This document shows, piece by piece, positions 37,178 through 47,740 of a stretch of 64,000 bases of DNA (positions are counted from its first letter, which is position 1; the number at the start of each line of letters is the position of its first letter). Source of the DNA: Candidatus Bathyarchaeia archaeon (GTDB lineage: Archaea > Thermoproteota > Bathyarchaeia > 40CM-2-53-6); contig JBEKVV010000004.1 of assembly GCA_049513715.1 (NCBI GenBank), positions 128,001-192,000 on the forward strand, given 5' to 3'. Both the position numbers and the translations under genes were made by a program. The notes under the pieces are model-generated. The model worked only from the letters and a program-made list of their open reading frames with translations. It was not told the DNA's origin and ran no database searches.

Positions 37178-38608
37178 TCAGAGGTCGAGTCCTTGGCGCC
37201 GTGCTTGAGAGTACTCGTAGAGTGCTCTCGCGCCTGCGATGGCTGCTTCCGGGGTAAGGTAGACGGGAAGCTTGAACTCTGCTGCTTCCGAGAGGAGTTC
37301 ACGGTGCGTTTCAGAAGTTATCGCCGTAAGTACCGGAAGGATGGGTTTGGAGACTTTGCCGCCAGCGATCTTATGCAGCCGCTCCAGGGCTCTGAGCACA
37401 TCGCTGAAGATTTCTTGCGGCCAGTAGCTGATTCCTAGAATCAGCATGTCGCAGTTCCTGTCTTGAAGAATTATCCGCGCAATCGATTCAAGGGAATCGG
37501 GGAATTCCTTCGGTCCCACGAGCGCGGTGATGTCAAGTGGGTTATTGGCTCTCGCAAGCGACGGTAAGACCTTCGCAAGCTCCTCCCGGGTTTGATCCTC
37601 AAAATCCGGGACCGTGAGTCCCTCTTGATCCGCTTGGTCTGCGAACACTGCCGCTATTCCTCCGGAATCTGCGACGATTCCAAGTCGGTTGCCAGCAGGC
37701 AAGGGCTCCCAAGCCAAGGCCAGGGGCAAATCGACTAATTCTTGGATACTCCTAGCTCGCACAATTCCTAGCTGTCGAAACAGGCCCATATAGACCCCAT
37801 ATTTACCTGCAATAGCCCCGGTGTGTGTAAGAGCGGTCTTCCTGCCCTGTTCCGAGCGACCTACCTTGAGGATGACGAGGGGTTTTCGGGCCTCAAACGC
37901 CGTCTTGGCTGCGCGAATGAACCTAGGTCCATCTCTGACGGCTTCGAGGAAAACCGAGATGACTTTCGTATCGGGGTCTTTCGCAAAGTACTCGATGTAG
38001 TCGGCCACTTGTAAATCCATTTCATTGCCGGAAGAAACCCACCCGCTCGCACCTGCTTTTCTTTCCCAAAGCTTGTGCAGCACGAATTCGCCGACTCCAC
38101 CGCTCTGGGTGACGAAGGCGATGTTGCCCCGGATGGGTGAGGTATGTGACAGGAATGTGGCCCAATTTCTCGCGCCTAAATGGATGACCCCTTCACAGTT
38201 CGGGCCGCAAATCCTCATTCCACTACTGTGCGCCTGGGCCAACAGCTCTGTACGCTCTACTTCTGGTTGGGCGGTCCCGAATTCTACTTCAGCGGTGATT
38301 ACTATGGTTGCTTTCACACCGATTCTGATGCACTCTTGAAGGACCTGCTTCACTCCCGAGCTGGGGATTATGATTATCGCCAGATCAGGAATTTCTGGAA
38401 GATTGCTGATGGAGTCGTAGCATTTGATTCCTGAGATTTCAGGGCGCTTGGGGTTGACTGGAAAAATCTTTCCGCTGTATCCGATTTGTTTCATCCCGGG
38501 AATGATCCAGCTACTGAATTTCAGCGGGTCGTCTGAGACTCCGATGATGGCTACGGATTTGGGTTTGAATAGAGGATCGAGGTTGCTTGGTTCGTCGTCT
38601 GGGGACAT
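37178..38608 (-). CDS. acdA: ADP-forming acyl-CoA synthetase alpha subunit
   Basis: PKSVAIIG, GPNC.G, QSG, GNEMD, THTGAIAG (phospho-His), NPLD. Confidence 0.88.
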   Translation of the reverse strand: MSPDDEPSNLDPLFKPKSVAIIGVSDDPLKFSSWIIPGMKQIGYSGKIFPVNPKRPEISGIKCYDSISNLPEIPDLAIIIIPSSGVKQVLQECIRIGVKATIVITAEVEFGTAQPEVERTELLAQAHSSGMRICGPNCEGVIHLGARNWATFLSHTSPIRGNIAFVTQSGGVGEFVLHKLWERKAGASGWVSSGNEMDLQVADYIEYFAKDPDTKVISVFLEAVRDGPRFIRAAKTAFEARKPLVILKVGRSEQGRKTALTHTGAIAGKYGVYMGLFRQLGIVRARSIQELVDLPLALAWEPLPAGNRLGIVADSGGIAAVFADQADQEGLTVPDFEDQTREELAKVLPSLARANNPLDITALVGPKEFPDSLESIARIILQDRNCDMLILGISYWPQEIFSDVLRALERLHKIAGGKVSKPILPVLTAITSETHRELLSEAAEFKLPVYLTPEAAIAGARALYEYSQARRQGLDL

Positions 38609-38748
38609 TACTATTTGCTCCTGGCATCTTCCGAGAGTGAAGTGGGCTACTTGTTGCCTTGCGCGGAGTCAGAGTGTGAGAAAATAGATTAGGCAGTGGT
38701 GGGCTGTCTCACTCTTTCTTTTGTGGCTTCTGCTACACTACGGGTTTG

Positions 38749-39678
38749 TTAAGTCATTGTGAGGGCCAGTACCGCTTTCTCCGTATGCATTCGGTTTTCG
38801 GCTTGATCCCAGACCGCGGAGTGTGGTCCTTCGATTATCTCATCCGTCATTTCTTCTCCCCTGTAGCCTGGTAGGCAGTGCATGAAAATGAAGTCACCAG
38901 CCGCGCCCTGGGCCACTGTAGAATTGATCTGGTAGGGTGCGTAGTCTCTCAGCCGCTTCTCCTTTTCCTTCTCGGGCCCTCCCATGCTGTGCCATGTGTT
39001 AGCGTAAAGGACGTCTGCATTCTTCACGGCCAATTTCAAATCGTCAGTGACCACGATTTCAGCGCCCGTCTCCTTCGCTTTAGCGGTTGCAAACTTCATG
39101 ATTGTCTCGTTTGGTTCGTATCCCTTGGGACGCGCAACGCTCAATTTGAATCCGAGGATGGATGCGGCGACAATCAAGCTGTGGCAAACATTCCAAACGT
39201 CCCCAGCGTAACAGACTTTGATATCGTGGAGTCTTCCTTTGTACTCCCGGATGGTGAGAAGGTCAGCAAGGCCTTGGCATGGGTGTGTGAGGTCGGTCAA
39301 GGCATTGATTACGGGGTTCTCCATGTAATTGGCGAACTCCTGAATCCGATCCTGCCCAAACGTTCGCATGACTAGGGCATCACAATATCTGTCAATCACC
39401 CTGGCCGTATCTTTTATCGGCTCTCCCCTTGCGAGCTGCATCTCGTCAGGTCTCATGTAGAAGCTCTGGGCTCCCAAATGTGCAATCGCAGCTTGGAATG
39501 ATGTTCTGGTCCTGGTGGAGGGTTTTTCGAAAAGAACCGCCACTGTTCGGCCGCGTAGGTATTCATGCGGTTCATGTTGTTTCCATTTCTGCTTCAGCTC
39601 TCTTGCCGTATCAAGTATAGCTGATATTTCGACTTTGGAATAATCCATCAAAGAAAGGAAGTCTCTTCCGCGAAACAC
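38749..39678 (-). CDS. argF: Ornithine carbamoyltransferase-family enzyme (atypical substrate loop)
   Basis: FEKPSTRT, HPCQ, HCLP, QAENR; NTWHSMG in place of DxWxSMG. Confidence 0.85.
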   Translation of the reverse strand: MFRGRDFLSLMDYSKVEISAILDTARELKQKWKQHEPHEYLRGRTVAVLFEKPSTRTRTSFQAAIAHLGAQSFYMRPDEMQLARGEPIKDTARVIDRYCDALVMRTFGQDRIQEFANYMENPVINALTDLTHPCQGLADLLTIREYKGRLHDIKVCYAGDVWNVCHSLIVAASILGFKLSVARPKGYEPNETIMKFATAKAKETGAEIVVTDDLKLAVKNADVLYANTWHSMGGPEKEKEKRLRDYAPYQINSTVAQGAAGDFIFMHCLPGYRGEEMTDEIIEGPHSAVWDQAENRMHTEKAVLALTMT

Positions 39679-39688
39679 TCATCATCAC

Positions 39689-40843
39689 CTAGTTCTGCAC
39701 TTTTCGGAAGTCGAACACACTTCCTATTTGTGCGTATTGTGCCCCTCGTCGTTTCTTGAATTCTTCGAAGAACATATCAGGGTCGATCGCGTCAGGGGGA
39801 AGAACACCGTGCTCCTTGATTTTTCCTTCCGCAAGCATCATCGTTCCTATGAAAAGCGGGAGGACCGTTCCGCTCACCATTGTTCCGACCGAAGTGTGAA
39901 TGTGTGTGACTTGTTCGCCGTTAGTTTCTCCGATGACCTCGATTCGTTGTGCGGCGACAGCAGGTATATTCTTCTTGGCCTGCATTATCTTCATTGAAAC
40001 CGCTGTCAGAAAGTCGACCGCGGCAATCTGTGTCCCGTCAATATCGTAGTTGTCCATGAGGCTGGCGCCTGCTTTTACCCAACTCTCTATGAGATCGTGA
40101 ATATCGCCAGGGAAGATGCCGCCTCGAACTGTGACGTTCTTCACCCCTTTCACGTACATTGGGATGGTCAAGATTTCGGGATGGTCGAAGTAAACAACAT
40201 CCACCTTTCCGACGGGGGGTGGAAACTCAACGAACTCTCTTCCAGAGAATGGCGGAACTTGAACGATCTTGCCCTCCAGATATTGATGCGGTTCACCGTA
40301 GCAATGAAGACAATGTTTCATGACAGAAGGACCAAACGGATCTGTTTGGCTTGAGGTCCAGGCGATGTGTACATCGCTCACAGAATCCATTCTCTGCGCA
40401 CTGTACTGCACCTGGATGTTCGAAAGGCCGGGGCTACTTCCAAGCGAGGTTAGAATCGTAGCATTAGCTTCCTTTGCGGCCTTATCGAGCTTCACTATCT
40501 CCTTCGCTGCAACCAACTCATCACAAATGTCCGCGTACTTGACTCCTAGTTCGATGGCTGCTTTGATCGTGTTGACTCCGTACTTGTAGTAGGGGCCTAC
40601 ACAGTTGACGACTATGTCCGTATTCTTCATCGACCTCCTCAATTCGTCAGCGTTCTCAACATCTACTACCTCGGACTTCACAAGGTCGCTCCCAATTCGT
40701 CGGTTAACGTCAGCAGCAGCCTTCGTCGCTCTCTCTCTCGAGCGGTCAGCCACTCGCACCTCGGCTTTGCCGTATTTTGCAAGCAGGTATGTTGCTACAC
40801 TGCCCATCTGACCTGCGCTCAAAACGAGAATCCGCATTCCCAA
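39689..40843 (-). CDS. Saccharopine dehydrogenase-like oxidoreductase
   Basis: N-terminal Rossmann fold, NCVGPYY, GSSPGLSN, HPE, GVLPPD. Confidence 0.85.
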   Translation of the reverse strand: MGMRILVLSAGQMGSVATYLLAKYGKAEVRVADRSRERATKAAADVNRRIGSDLVKSEVVDVENADELRRSMKNTDIVVNCVGPYYKYGVNTIKAAIELGVKYADICDELVAAKEIVKLDKAAKEANATILTSLGSSPGLSNIQVQYSAQRMDSVSDVHIAWTSSQTDPFGPSVMKHCLHCYGEPHQYLEGKIVQVPPFSGREFVEFPPPVGKVDVVYFDHPEILTIPMYVKGVKNVTVRGGIFPGDIHDLIESWVKAGASLMDNYDIDGTQIAAVDFLTAVSMKIMQAKKNIPAVAAQRIEVIGETNGEQVTHIHTSVGTMVSGTVLPLFIGTMMLAEGKIKEHGVLPPDAIDPDMFFEEFKKRRGAQYAQIGSVFDFRKVQN

Positions 40844-40996
40844 TCACAACCTCCTATGTTACGACTCCAATTCCGGATGGCGGACCGATTTGTTACTACT
40901 TATCTCTTCCACGGGTAATGAGAAAATCTCTGCGGCACTTTGGAACCGAAGGCATAGGGCACCAAGAATTTAGAAGACAAATCGCCCTAGTCTACA

Positions 40997-41614
40997 TTGA
41001 GGACACCCATCGAGGATTGGCCTTTGACTTCAACGGACTCATCGAGTGGCCTGCTAACGCGCTTCGCTACACAAGTAAAGGCCGTGGACGGACGTTTCGC
41101 TTCCATCACCCATCTCTCCGAAGCTCAGGAATACATGCTCAAGCTGATCAAATCAAAAAACGTCAAGAGAGTTGTGAGCGTCAACAAAGAACTCTCCTCG
41201 AAGCTCTTTCCGCCCAACAGCCCATTGAAAAACCTCGAAATAACCAGCAACGGGAGCTTGCCACGAGAGGAATTCTTCAAAGCAGTTCAAGTCGCAGAAG
41301 TTGGCATCTCAACCGTCGATACTGCCGTCGCAGAAACCGGCACGCTAGTCATTCTAACTTCAGATGAATCCGACCGGCTGGTTACCGCACTTCCCGAGAT
41401 CCACGTTGCTATTGTCCCTCGTTCCAAGATTGTTTCGTCGCTACATGATGTTGAACCACTTATCACAGAAATGCTCAACCAAACCAAAAGCGGCGCCACT
41501 GTCTCTCTGATCTCAGCCTCAAGCAGGACTGCTGACATAGGCGACAAGACAATTCTCGGAATGCACGGCCCCAAGGAATTGCACGTCCTGGTGCTCGACG
41601 AGGAGCTGCTCTGA
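40997..41614 (+). CDS. lutC: LutC/LUD-domain protein
   Basis: AVAETGTL, LPEIH, SRTADI, GMHGPKELH. Confidence 0.88.
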   Translation: MRTPIEDWPLTSTDSSSGLLTRFATQVKAVDGRFASITHLSEAQEYMLKLIKSKNVKRVVSVNKELSSKLFPPNSPLKNLEITSNGSLPREEFFKAVQVAEVGISTVDTAVAETGTLVILTSDESDRLVTALPEIHVAIVPRSKIVSSLHDVEPLITEMLNQTKSGATVSLISASSRTADIGDKTILGMHGPKELHVLVLDEELL

Positions 41615-41625
41615 GGTAGAAAGCC

Positions 41626-43755
41626 TTGGACGAAGCCAGCAGAAAAGCCCACTCGCAGCTGCTTGAAAAAATCGCTCTAGGCCTAAGAAACAAGCGCCAG
41701 AGAGCAGCTCTCTACGTCGGAACGGAAGGCGGCCGCGAACTGGTTGAAAAGGCGTACTCAGAGGTAGCTGACAGTGGCGAAATGCTCGTTGAGGCAAGAC
41801 GCATCAAACGGGATGCTATCGAGAGACTTGATGAAAATCTTGAGCGATTCATGAATGCGGCGAAATCTGCTGGAGTCACCGTTCATCTTGCGCCGGATGC
41901 CTCGGCAGCAGTCCAACTGGTTGTTGAGTTGGCCCGTCGGGCGAATGCCAAACGAATCGTCAAATCGAAATCTATGACTGGTGAGGAAATCGAGCTTCGC
42001 GACCGCCTTGAGAGCGAGGGCTTTGATGTTGTCGAAACTGATCTCGGAGAGAGAATAGTTCAGCTTGCTCACCAACGACCCTCACACATGGTTGCACCAG
42101 CGATCCACCTCGACGTGGAAGACGTAACCGAACTGTTCTCGAGGACACTCGGCAAAAAGATTCCACCTGATCCTGAGCAAATGACAGCTATCGCCCGCAA
42201 TTCCTTGCGGCAGAAGTTCCTAGAGGCGGATATGGGAATCACAGGAGCCAACTTTGCCGTAGCTGATTCAGGAGCCATCGTCCTTGTAACGAACGAGGGC
42301 AATGCTAGACTCGTCACGGCTCTTCCCAAAACGAACGTTGCCATCTTCGGCATGGAGAAAATCGTTCCCAACCTAGCCGACGCATTCACTCTGATTCAGG
42401 CATTGACTATGAGCGGTGCTGGCCGCAAAATGACCAGCTACGTAACGATTCAGAGAGGTGGGAGCAACCTTGCACAGACTGGTCAGAAGCAAGAGCAGCA
42501 CGTAATCATCATTGACAATGGCAGATCCAAAATGCGGGAAGACGCCACGTTTCGCCAGGCCCTGTACTGCCTCAGGTGCGGCTCATGTCTGGATATTTGT
42601 CCCACATTTCGAATATTCGGAGGGCATACATTCGGACACATCTACACGGGGCCGATCGGGGTCCCGTGGACCAAGTATACGGCTACACTGGACGCTGCCG
42701 GCGAAATTGCACCGCTATGCATCTCCTGCGGACTCTGCAAACATGCCTGCCCAGAAGACATCGACATCCCACTACTCATCGCTCGCGTCAAAGAAGAATA
42801 CACGAAGCAACATGGCCAACTATCAATCAACCGCACCCTGTGCAACTATGAAGCGTTCATCAACTTTGCGAGCATGACCGCCCCGCTATCCAATTTCGTA
42901 CTGGGGCTTCCAGGCTTCAGGCGGCTTCTCCAGGTACTCGTGGGAATCGACGCACGTAGACCGTTCCCAAAGTTTACTCGTCGCACTTTCAAGAAATGGT
43001 TCGCCGAACATACAACGACTGGTACTAGGCAAGTTGCTTACTTCGTTGACACGTTTGCAGATCAATGCGAAACGGACATAGGCAAAGCGGTTGTCGGAAT
43101 TCTTGAACCATACGGCTGCAAAGTAACTGTTCCCACCCAGATGGGAAGTGGGATGCCTGCTTTCCTCTATGGCGATCTGAAGCAGACCAAAAAGTCCGCG
43201 GAATTCAATGTTCTCAATCTAGCGAAATCAGTCCGTGATGGCTGCGAAATCATCTCAACTGAGCCTACCGCAACCTACTGCCTGAAGGATCTGTATCCTC
43301 ACCTTCTGCAATCTTCCGACGCGGAACTTGTTGCAGCTCATTCGCATGACCTCTTCGAATACTTGCTCCAACTGAGTAAGGATGGGATGGTAAATCTTGG
43401 AGTTCATAGAGATCAGACAGAGCCAGTGGCATACTACCCACCCTGTCATACACGTAGCACTTACGGGAATTCCCCTGTTCTGGAAGTATTGAAGGCCGCA
43501 GGCGTCGATGCTCGGGTTGTGAGGTACAATACGTGCTGTGGAATCGCTGGCACCTTTGGTTTCAAGAAAGGGCGCGAAGGTTACGATGTCTCGATGGCGG
43601 TTGGTGAGACCCTCTTCGAAAGACTGAAGGAACTAGATTGCCAACTTGTCCTCACGGAGAGTAGCGTCTGCAAGATGCAGATCGAACACGGAACAGGGAT
43701 GCGAGTTGTCCACCCAGCTGTATTCCTGTGGGAATTATTGCAGACTAGAGTTTGA
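41626..43755 (+). CDS. lutB: LutB (LUD + 2x[4Fe-4S]) fused to CCG-like domains
   Basis: KSKSMTGEE, ETDLGE, TNEGN, CLRCGSCLDIC, CISCGLCKHAC, CCGIAGTFG. Confidence 0.88.
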   Translation: MDEASRKAHSQLLEKIALGLRNKRQRAALYVGTEGGRELVEKAYSEVADSGEMLVEARRIKRDAIERLDENLERFMNAAKSAGVTVHLAPDASAAVQLVVELARRANAKRIVKSKSMTGEEIELRDRLESEGFDVVETDLGERIVQLAHQRPSHMVAPAIHLDVEDVTELFSRTLGKKIPPDPEQMTAIARNSLRQKFLEADMGITGANFAVADSGAIVLVTNEGNARLVTALPKTNVAIFGMEKIVPNLADAFTLIQALTMSGAGRKMTSYVTIQRGGSNLAQTGQKQEQHVIIIDNGRSKMREDATFRQALYCLRCGSCLDICPTFRIFGGHTFGHIYTGPIGVPWTKYTATLDAAGEIAPLCISCGLCKHACPEDIDIPLLIARVKEEYTKQHGQLSINRTLCNYEAFINFASMTAPLSNFVLGLPGFRRLLQVLVGIDARRPFPKFTRRTFKKWFAEHTTTGTRQVAYFVDTFADQCETDIGKAVVGILEPYGCKVTVPTQMGSGMPAFLYGDLKQTKKSAEFNVLNLAKSVRDGCEIISTEPTATYCLKDLYPHLLQSSDAELVAAHSHDLFEYLLQLSKDGMVNLGVHRDQTEPVAYYPPCHTRSTYGNSPVLEVLKAAGVDARVVRYNTCCGIAGTFGFKKGREGYDVSMAVGETLFERLKELDCQLVLTESSVCKMQIEHGTGMRVVHPAVFLWELLQTRV

Positions 43756-43801
43756 AACATGTTTTCGTGGATTGTGTGGTCACACGTGCGACCAGTCTCG
43801 C

Positions 43802-44893
43802 CTAAATAGAGTATATAGAGTTGCCCTCGTCTTCATTATACACTCTGCGCCTAACGACCCGAAGAAGAACCCGCTGCTCGCTGCTTGCAACAACTTTCAA
43901 GTTCAAAGTGAGCAACCCTTCCAGATATCCCCTCAGAAAATCCACGTTCTTGAGAATTGGGTTCCGCAACTCGACCGCTCCACCTAGAAGGTTCAACACG
44001 CCCCAACCCGATCGAATGTTAAACTCGCGAACCCGTTTTTCCTGGCTACGAATTCTGCATTTCTTCATGCCGTCCTTGCTCGTTGGAGAGAGTTTCTTCA
44101 AAGTGCTTCTTCCGCAAGCCATACCTACAGCATGCGCCCTCTCGCCGAGCCCGTCAACAATCATATTGAAGGTTTCAGAACGCAAGATCGAAATTCGCCC
44201 ATCCGGGCCAGGGAAAATCCCTTCGGTCCAACGATCCAAATTGAAGGTTTTGAATCTTCGAATAAGCTCCGCCAAACCCAACTCGGGATGTCTGTTGGAT
44301 TTGTACAGGGCGATTATGCGCTCCAGTTCGCGAACACTGATCTTCTCGCTTCGAACAAGATTTGCCAATTCAAGCTGTTCGTCGTGGTCAGAAACGTATG
44401 CAATGCGAATTACGTGTGAGGCCGTGAGGTGAGAATTGATGACTGCTTCTTTCGCCAAATCAGGTCGCAGTTTCTCAACGACTCGAACCCGGTCGAGAAC
44501 GTAGCTGTCGCTCTTGCCTATTGCTTTGGAGACCTGTGAAACTGTCCAGCCCTTTTGCATTAGGTTCTTGTACGCTTTTCCCTCTTCGAGGACATTCATT
44601 GACACGTTCCGCTGAATGTTCTCCACAATTCGAAACAGGAGAACTTCATCTGTACTCATCTCTTTGATGACTGCAGGTATGTCGATCCAACCTAACTGCC
44701 TACATGCCAACATTCTGTGGAAACCGAAAACGAGCTGATATCCCCCTTTTTCAGGCCTAACCATGATTGGTTGTAGAAGGCCTGAGCTCATGATAGATTT
44801 CGCCAGGTCGCTAACAACTGCTTGGCTGATTGGTCTAAGTGTCACGGTGGGCTCTTCAATGGAAGCAAGCGGCAGGTTCTGGATTTCCAGCAT
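43802..44893 (-). CDS. ParB/Srx-HTH protein with V4R-like C-terminal domain
   Basis: LAKSIMSSGLLQPIMV, GFHR, ENIQR, HTH; C-terminal GRISILRSETF..GWG..FLRGYLEGLL. Confidence 0.8.
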   Translation of the reverse strand: MLEIQNLPLASIEEPTVTLRPISQAVVSDLAKSIMSSGLLQPIMVRPEKGGYQLVFGFHRMLACRQLGWIDIPAVIKEMSTDEVLLFRIVENIQRNVSMNVLEEGKAYKNLMQKGWTVSQVSKAIGKSDSYVLDRVRVVEKLRPDLAKEAVINSHLTASHVIRIAYVSDHDEQLELANLVRSEKISVRELERIIALYKSNRHPELGLAELIRRFKTFNLDRWTEGIFPGPDGRISILRSETFNMIVDGLGERAHAVGMACGRSTLKKLSPTSKDGMKKCRIRSQEKRVREFNIRSGWGVLNLLGGAVELRNPILKNVDFLRGYLEGLLTLNLKVVASSEQRVLLRVVRRRVYNEDEGNSIYSI

Positions 44894-45035
44894 GGGGAAC
44901 GCACAACAATCCATCAAGCTTGGCGGATTTAATGGTTCCCAGTAAGAAGCAGCCTAGAAACTAGCTCCTTACTGGGCAGGAAGGCACACCTCGATCCTTT
45001 ATGGACTATTTTGGCCCATGGGAACATGAACCCCA

Positions 45036-45737
45036 ATGCAAGAACCTGTGGCGGCTGCGATCAAGATTGCTCGTAATGAAGGCCGGAAAATCCTGTTGGA
45101 GAATGAATCGAAACCACTGTGCGAAACATATGGCATACAGACACCGATGTCCCGTATCGCTAGCAGCCCGAATGACGCAGCAAAAGCGGCAGCTGGCATA
45201 GGATTCCCGGTGGCGCTCAAAGTAATCTCACCCGACATATCACACAAAACTGACGCGGGCTGCGTTAGACTCGGGCTTGGAAACGCGACAGAGGTCAGGC
45301 ATGCGTATGACGAGATTTGCGTAAACGCAAAACGCTACAACCCCAACGTGGATCTGCGCGGCGTATTAGTTGAGAGACTACAGCCAGAAGGCGTCGAAGT
45401 AATTGTGGGCGGCCTTAGAGACCCCCAATTCGGACCTGCAGTAATGTTCGGATTAGGAGGTATTCTCGTAGAGCTTTTCGCAGACTTCTCTTTCCGAGTC
45501 GCGCCACTTACGGAACCTGCCGTAAAGAGAATGATCGCGGAAGTCAAAGGATACGAGATCTTGAAGGGCTACAGGGGAAGGGAGCCAGTCGATCAAGACA
45601 GCCTCGTCAAAATCATCTTGGCCTCATCGAAACTCTTAGTTGACCACCCTGAGATTTCGGAGATGGACTTGAATCCCGTTATCCTCTACCCGAAAGGAGC
45701 GGTGGCTGTAGACGTGCGCATACGCCTGGCCTCTTAG
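45036..45737 (+). CDS. acdB: ADP-forming acyl-CoA synthetase beta subunit (ATP-grasp)
   Basis: GFPVALK, HKTDAG, DPQFGP, EMDLNP. Confidence 0.9.
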   Translation: MQEPVAAAIKIARNEGRKILLENESKPLCETYGIQTPMSRIASSPNDAAKAAAGIGFPVALKVISPDISHKTDAGCVRLGLGNATEVRHAYDEICVNAKRYNPNVDLRGVLVERLQPEGVEVIVGGLRDPQFGPAVMFGLGGILVELFADFSFRVAPLTEPAVKRMIAEVKGYEILKGYRGREPVDQDSLVKIILASSKLLVDHPEISEMDLNPVILYPKGAVAVDVRIRLAS

Positions 45738-45799
45738 CATTCCATCGTAAACCGCCGGCCTTTCGCTGCCGCTTATATTGATTCAGATAACAGAATTTC

Positions 45800-47740
45800 T
45801 TGGAATCCATGGCTAAATCCTCTCTGGAACAAATGCTCCTTTCTCCCGATGCGGGTCAAAGCGCCCTCTTGATGACGAACCATGCCATTGCGCGCGCAGC
45901 AATCGAGGCCGGCGCTCGGATTGTCACAGGTTATCCTGGTACGCCCTCATCGGAAATCATAGAATCCATCGGTTCCGTGGCTGACTCTCTAGGTATTCAC
46001 GTCGAATGGGCCGTAAACGAAAAAGTTGCACTAGAGGTTGCCTCGGCTGGCGCAATTGCAGGAATTCGAGCGATGACGGTAATGAAGCATGTGGGCCTCA
46101 ACGTCGCATCAGACATATTGATGGTTCTTGGCCTGAGCGGAGTGAACGGTGGCATGGTCATAGTTGTTGGTGATGACCCTGGCGGTTGGGTCTCACAAAA
46201 CGAGCAGGACAGTCGTCTCTACGCTCGAATGGCTGATGTTCCGATGTTCGAACCGTCAAATCCACAGGAAGCATTGCGTATGACTGTTCAGGCATTCGAG
46301 GTGTCAGAACGGGTTCAACTTCCAGTGATAGTTCGAACCACATTGAAAGTAAGCCATGGAAGCGGAATCGTCACATTCGGACCCATTGCGAACTCGAAGA
46401 AACGCGGAGAGTACGTGAAAGATGTGAACCGATACTACGTCGCGGACGTCGTTGCTCAGTCACGCCACGAATGGCAACATCAACAAATGAAGAAAATGCG
46501 GAGTCTGCTTCGATCTCTCAAACTCAATCCGCTCACGCTGAAGAAAGGGCAAAGCATTGGGATTGTCTCCTCCGGCGGCGCGTACAACTTTGCCGCAGAA
46601 TCCATTCGAAACCTGGACCTGCAAGACAGGGTCGCCATGTTGAAGGTCGAAACCTCCCACCCATTACCTGATGACAAGATGAGAAGAATCCTAACCAAAA
46701 CCAGAGAGGTGCTGGTTGTCGAGGAAACCGAGCCCGTAATGGAAGACCACTTGCGAATGCTCACGTACGGTCTGAAACGGCACGCAGTAATTCACGGCAA
46801 GCGAACGGGAGCCTTACCGGGCACGAACGAACTTACTTACGAGATTGTTGCCTCTTCACTAGCGAAGCTTGCAGGAATACATATTCGGCGAAACAAGAAG
46901 GAAACTGAGGTGCGCGCTGCGATTGCCGACGCGGTTCCCCCGCGAGGGTGGACCTTGTGCGCCGGCTGCCCTCACATTGGAACTTTCTACGCCCTGAAAC
47001 GATTGACAAAGAAGACCGGAAAAGGGAAGATTGCGAATCTTGGGGATATTGGATGCATAGGCCTCGCGGCTCTTCCTCCCCTAGAGAATGTTGACACTAG
47101 CTTCTGCATGGGGTCTAGCATCGCACAAGCAGCCGGATTGGCCTATGCTGGAGTCGACATGCCCATTGTAGCCTCGATAGGTGACTCAACATTCTTTCAT
47201 TCAGGAATAGCGCCGCTCATAGACGCTGTTGCAAACGACGCTCACATATGTGTTCTGATATGTGACAATGAAACAACCGCCATGACTGGTCACCAACCGC
47301 ACCCCGGCACGGGCATAACTGCGAGTGGTAAGTCCACCAAGAAAATCAGAATTGAAGATGTTGTCCGAGCGGTCGGTGTTGAGTTCCTGGAGATAACGGA
47401 CGCATTCAACGTGACGGAAACGTACCGAGCAATTGAACGCGCATTGAAGCACCCGGGACCATCAGTGGTCATTGCCAGAGGGCCATGCGCGGAATTGACG
47501 AGGCGCCAGGCAAGACGATTGGGAACAAAACCGCGAGCATACGTGATTCATTCAGAAAAATGCAAAGGTTACGACTGCAGGGTTTGTCTTCGAGAGTTCG
47601 GATGCCCGGCAATACTGTGGGACAACGATCTGCAGAAAGCCACAATTGACTCCACGCTTTGTAACGGCTGCGGCCTTTGCACTCAAGTGTGTGTCTTCCA
47701 AGCCATTACGCAACCAGTAGGAGCAGACGCGTTACAATGA
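45800..47740 (+). CDS. iorA: Indolepyruvate:ferredoxin oxidoreductase alpha subunit
   Basis: GYPGTPSSE, NEKVA, MKHVGLNVA, CAGCPH, GDIGC, GDSTFFH, AMTGHQ, C-terminal ferredoxin. Confidence 0.93.
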   Translation: MESMAKSSLEQMLLSPDAGQSALLMTNHAIARAAIEAGARIVTGYPGTPSSEIIESIGSVADSLGIHVEWAVNEKVALEVASAGAIAGIRAMTVMKHVGLNVASDILMVLGLSGVNGGMVIVVGDDPGGWVSQNEQDSRLYARMADVPMFEPSNPQEALRMTVQAFEVSERVQLPVIVRTTLKVSHGSGIVTFGPIANSKKRGEYVKDVNRYYVADVVAQSRHEWQHQQMKKMRSLLRSLKLNPLTLKKGQSIGIVSSGGAYNFAAESIRNLDLQDRVAMLKVETSHPLPDDKMRRILTKTREVLVVEETEPVMEDHLRMLTYGLKRHAVIHGKRTGALPGTNELTYEIVASSLAKLAGIHIRRNKKETEVRAAIADAVPPRGWTLCAGCPHIGTFYALKRLTKKTGKGKIANLGDIGCIGLAALPPLENVDTSFCMGSSIAQAAGLAYAGVDMPIVASIGDSTFFHSGIAPLIDAVANDAHICVLICDNETTAMTGHQPHPGTGITASGKSTKKIRIEDVVRAVGVEFLEITDAFNVTETYRAIERALKHPGPSVVIARGPCAELTRRQARRLGTKPRAYVIHSEKCKGYDCRVCLREFGCPAILWDNDLQKATIDSTLCNGCGLCTQVCVFQAITQPVGADALQ

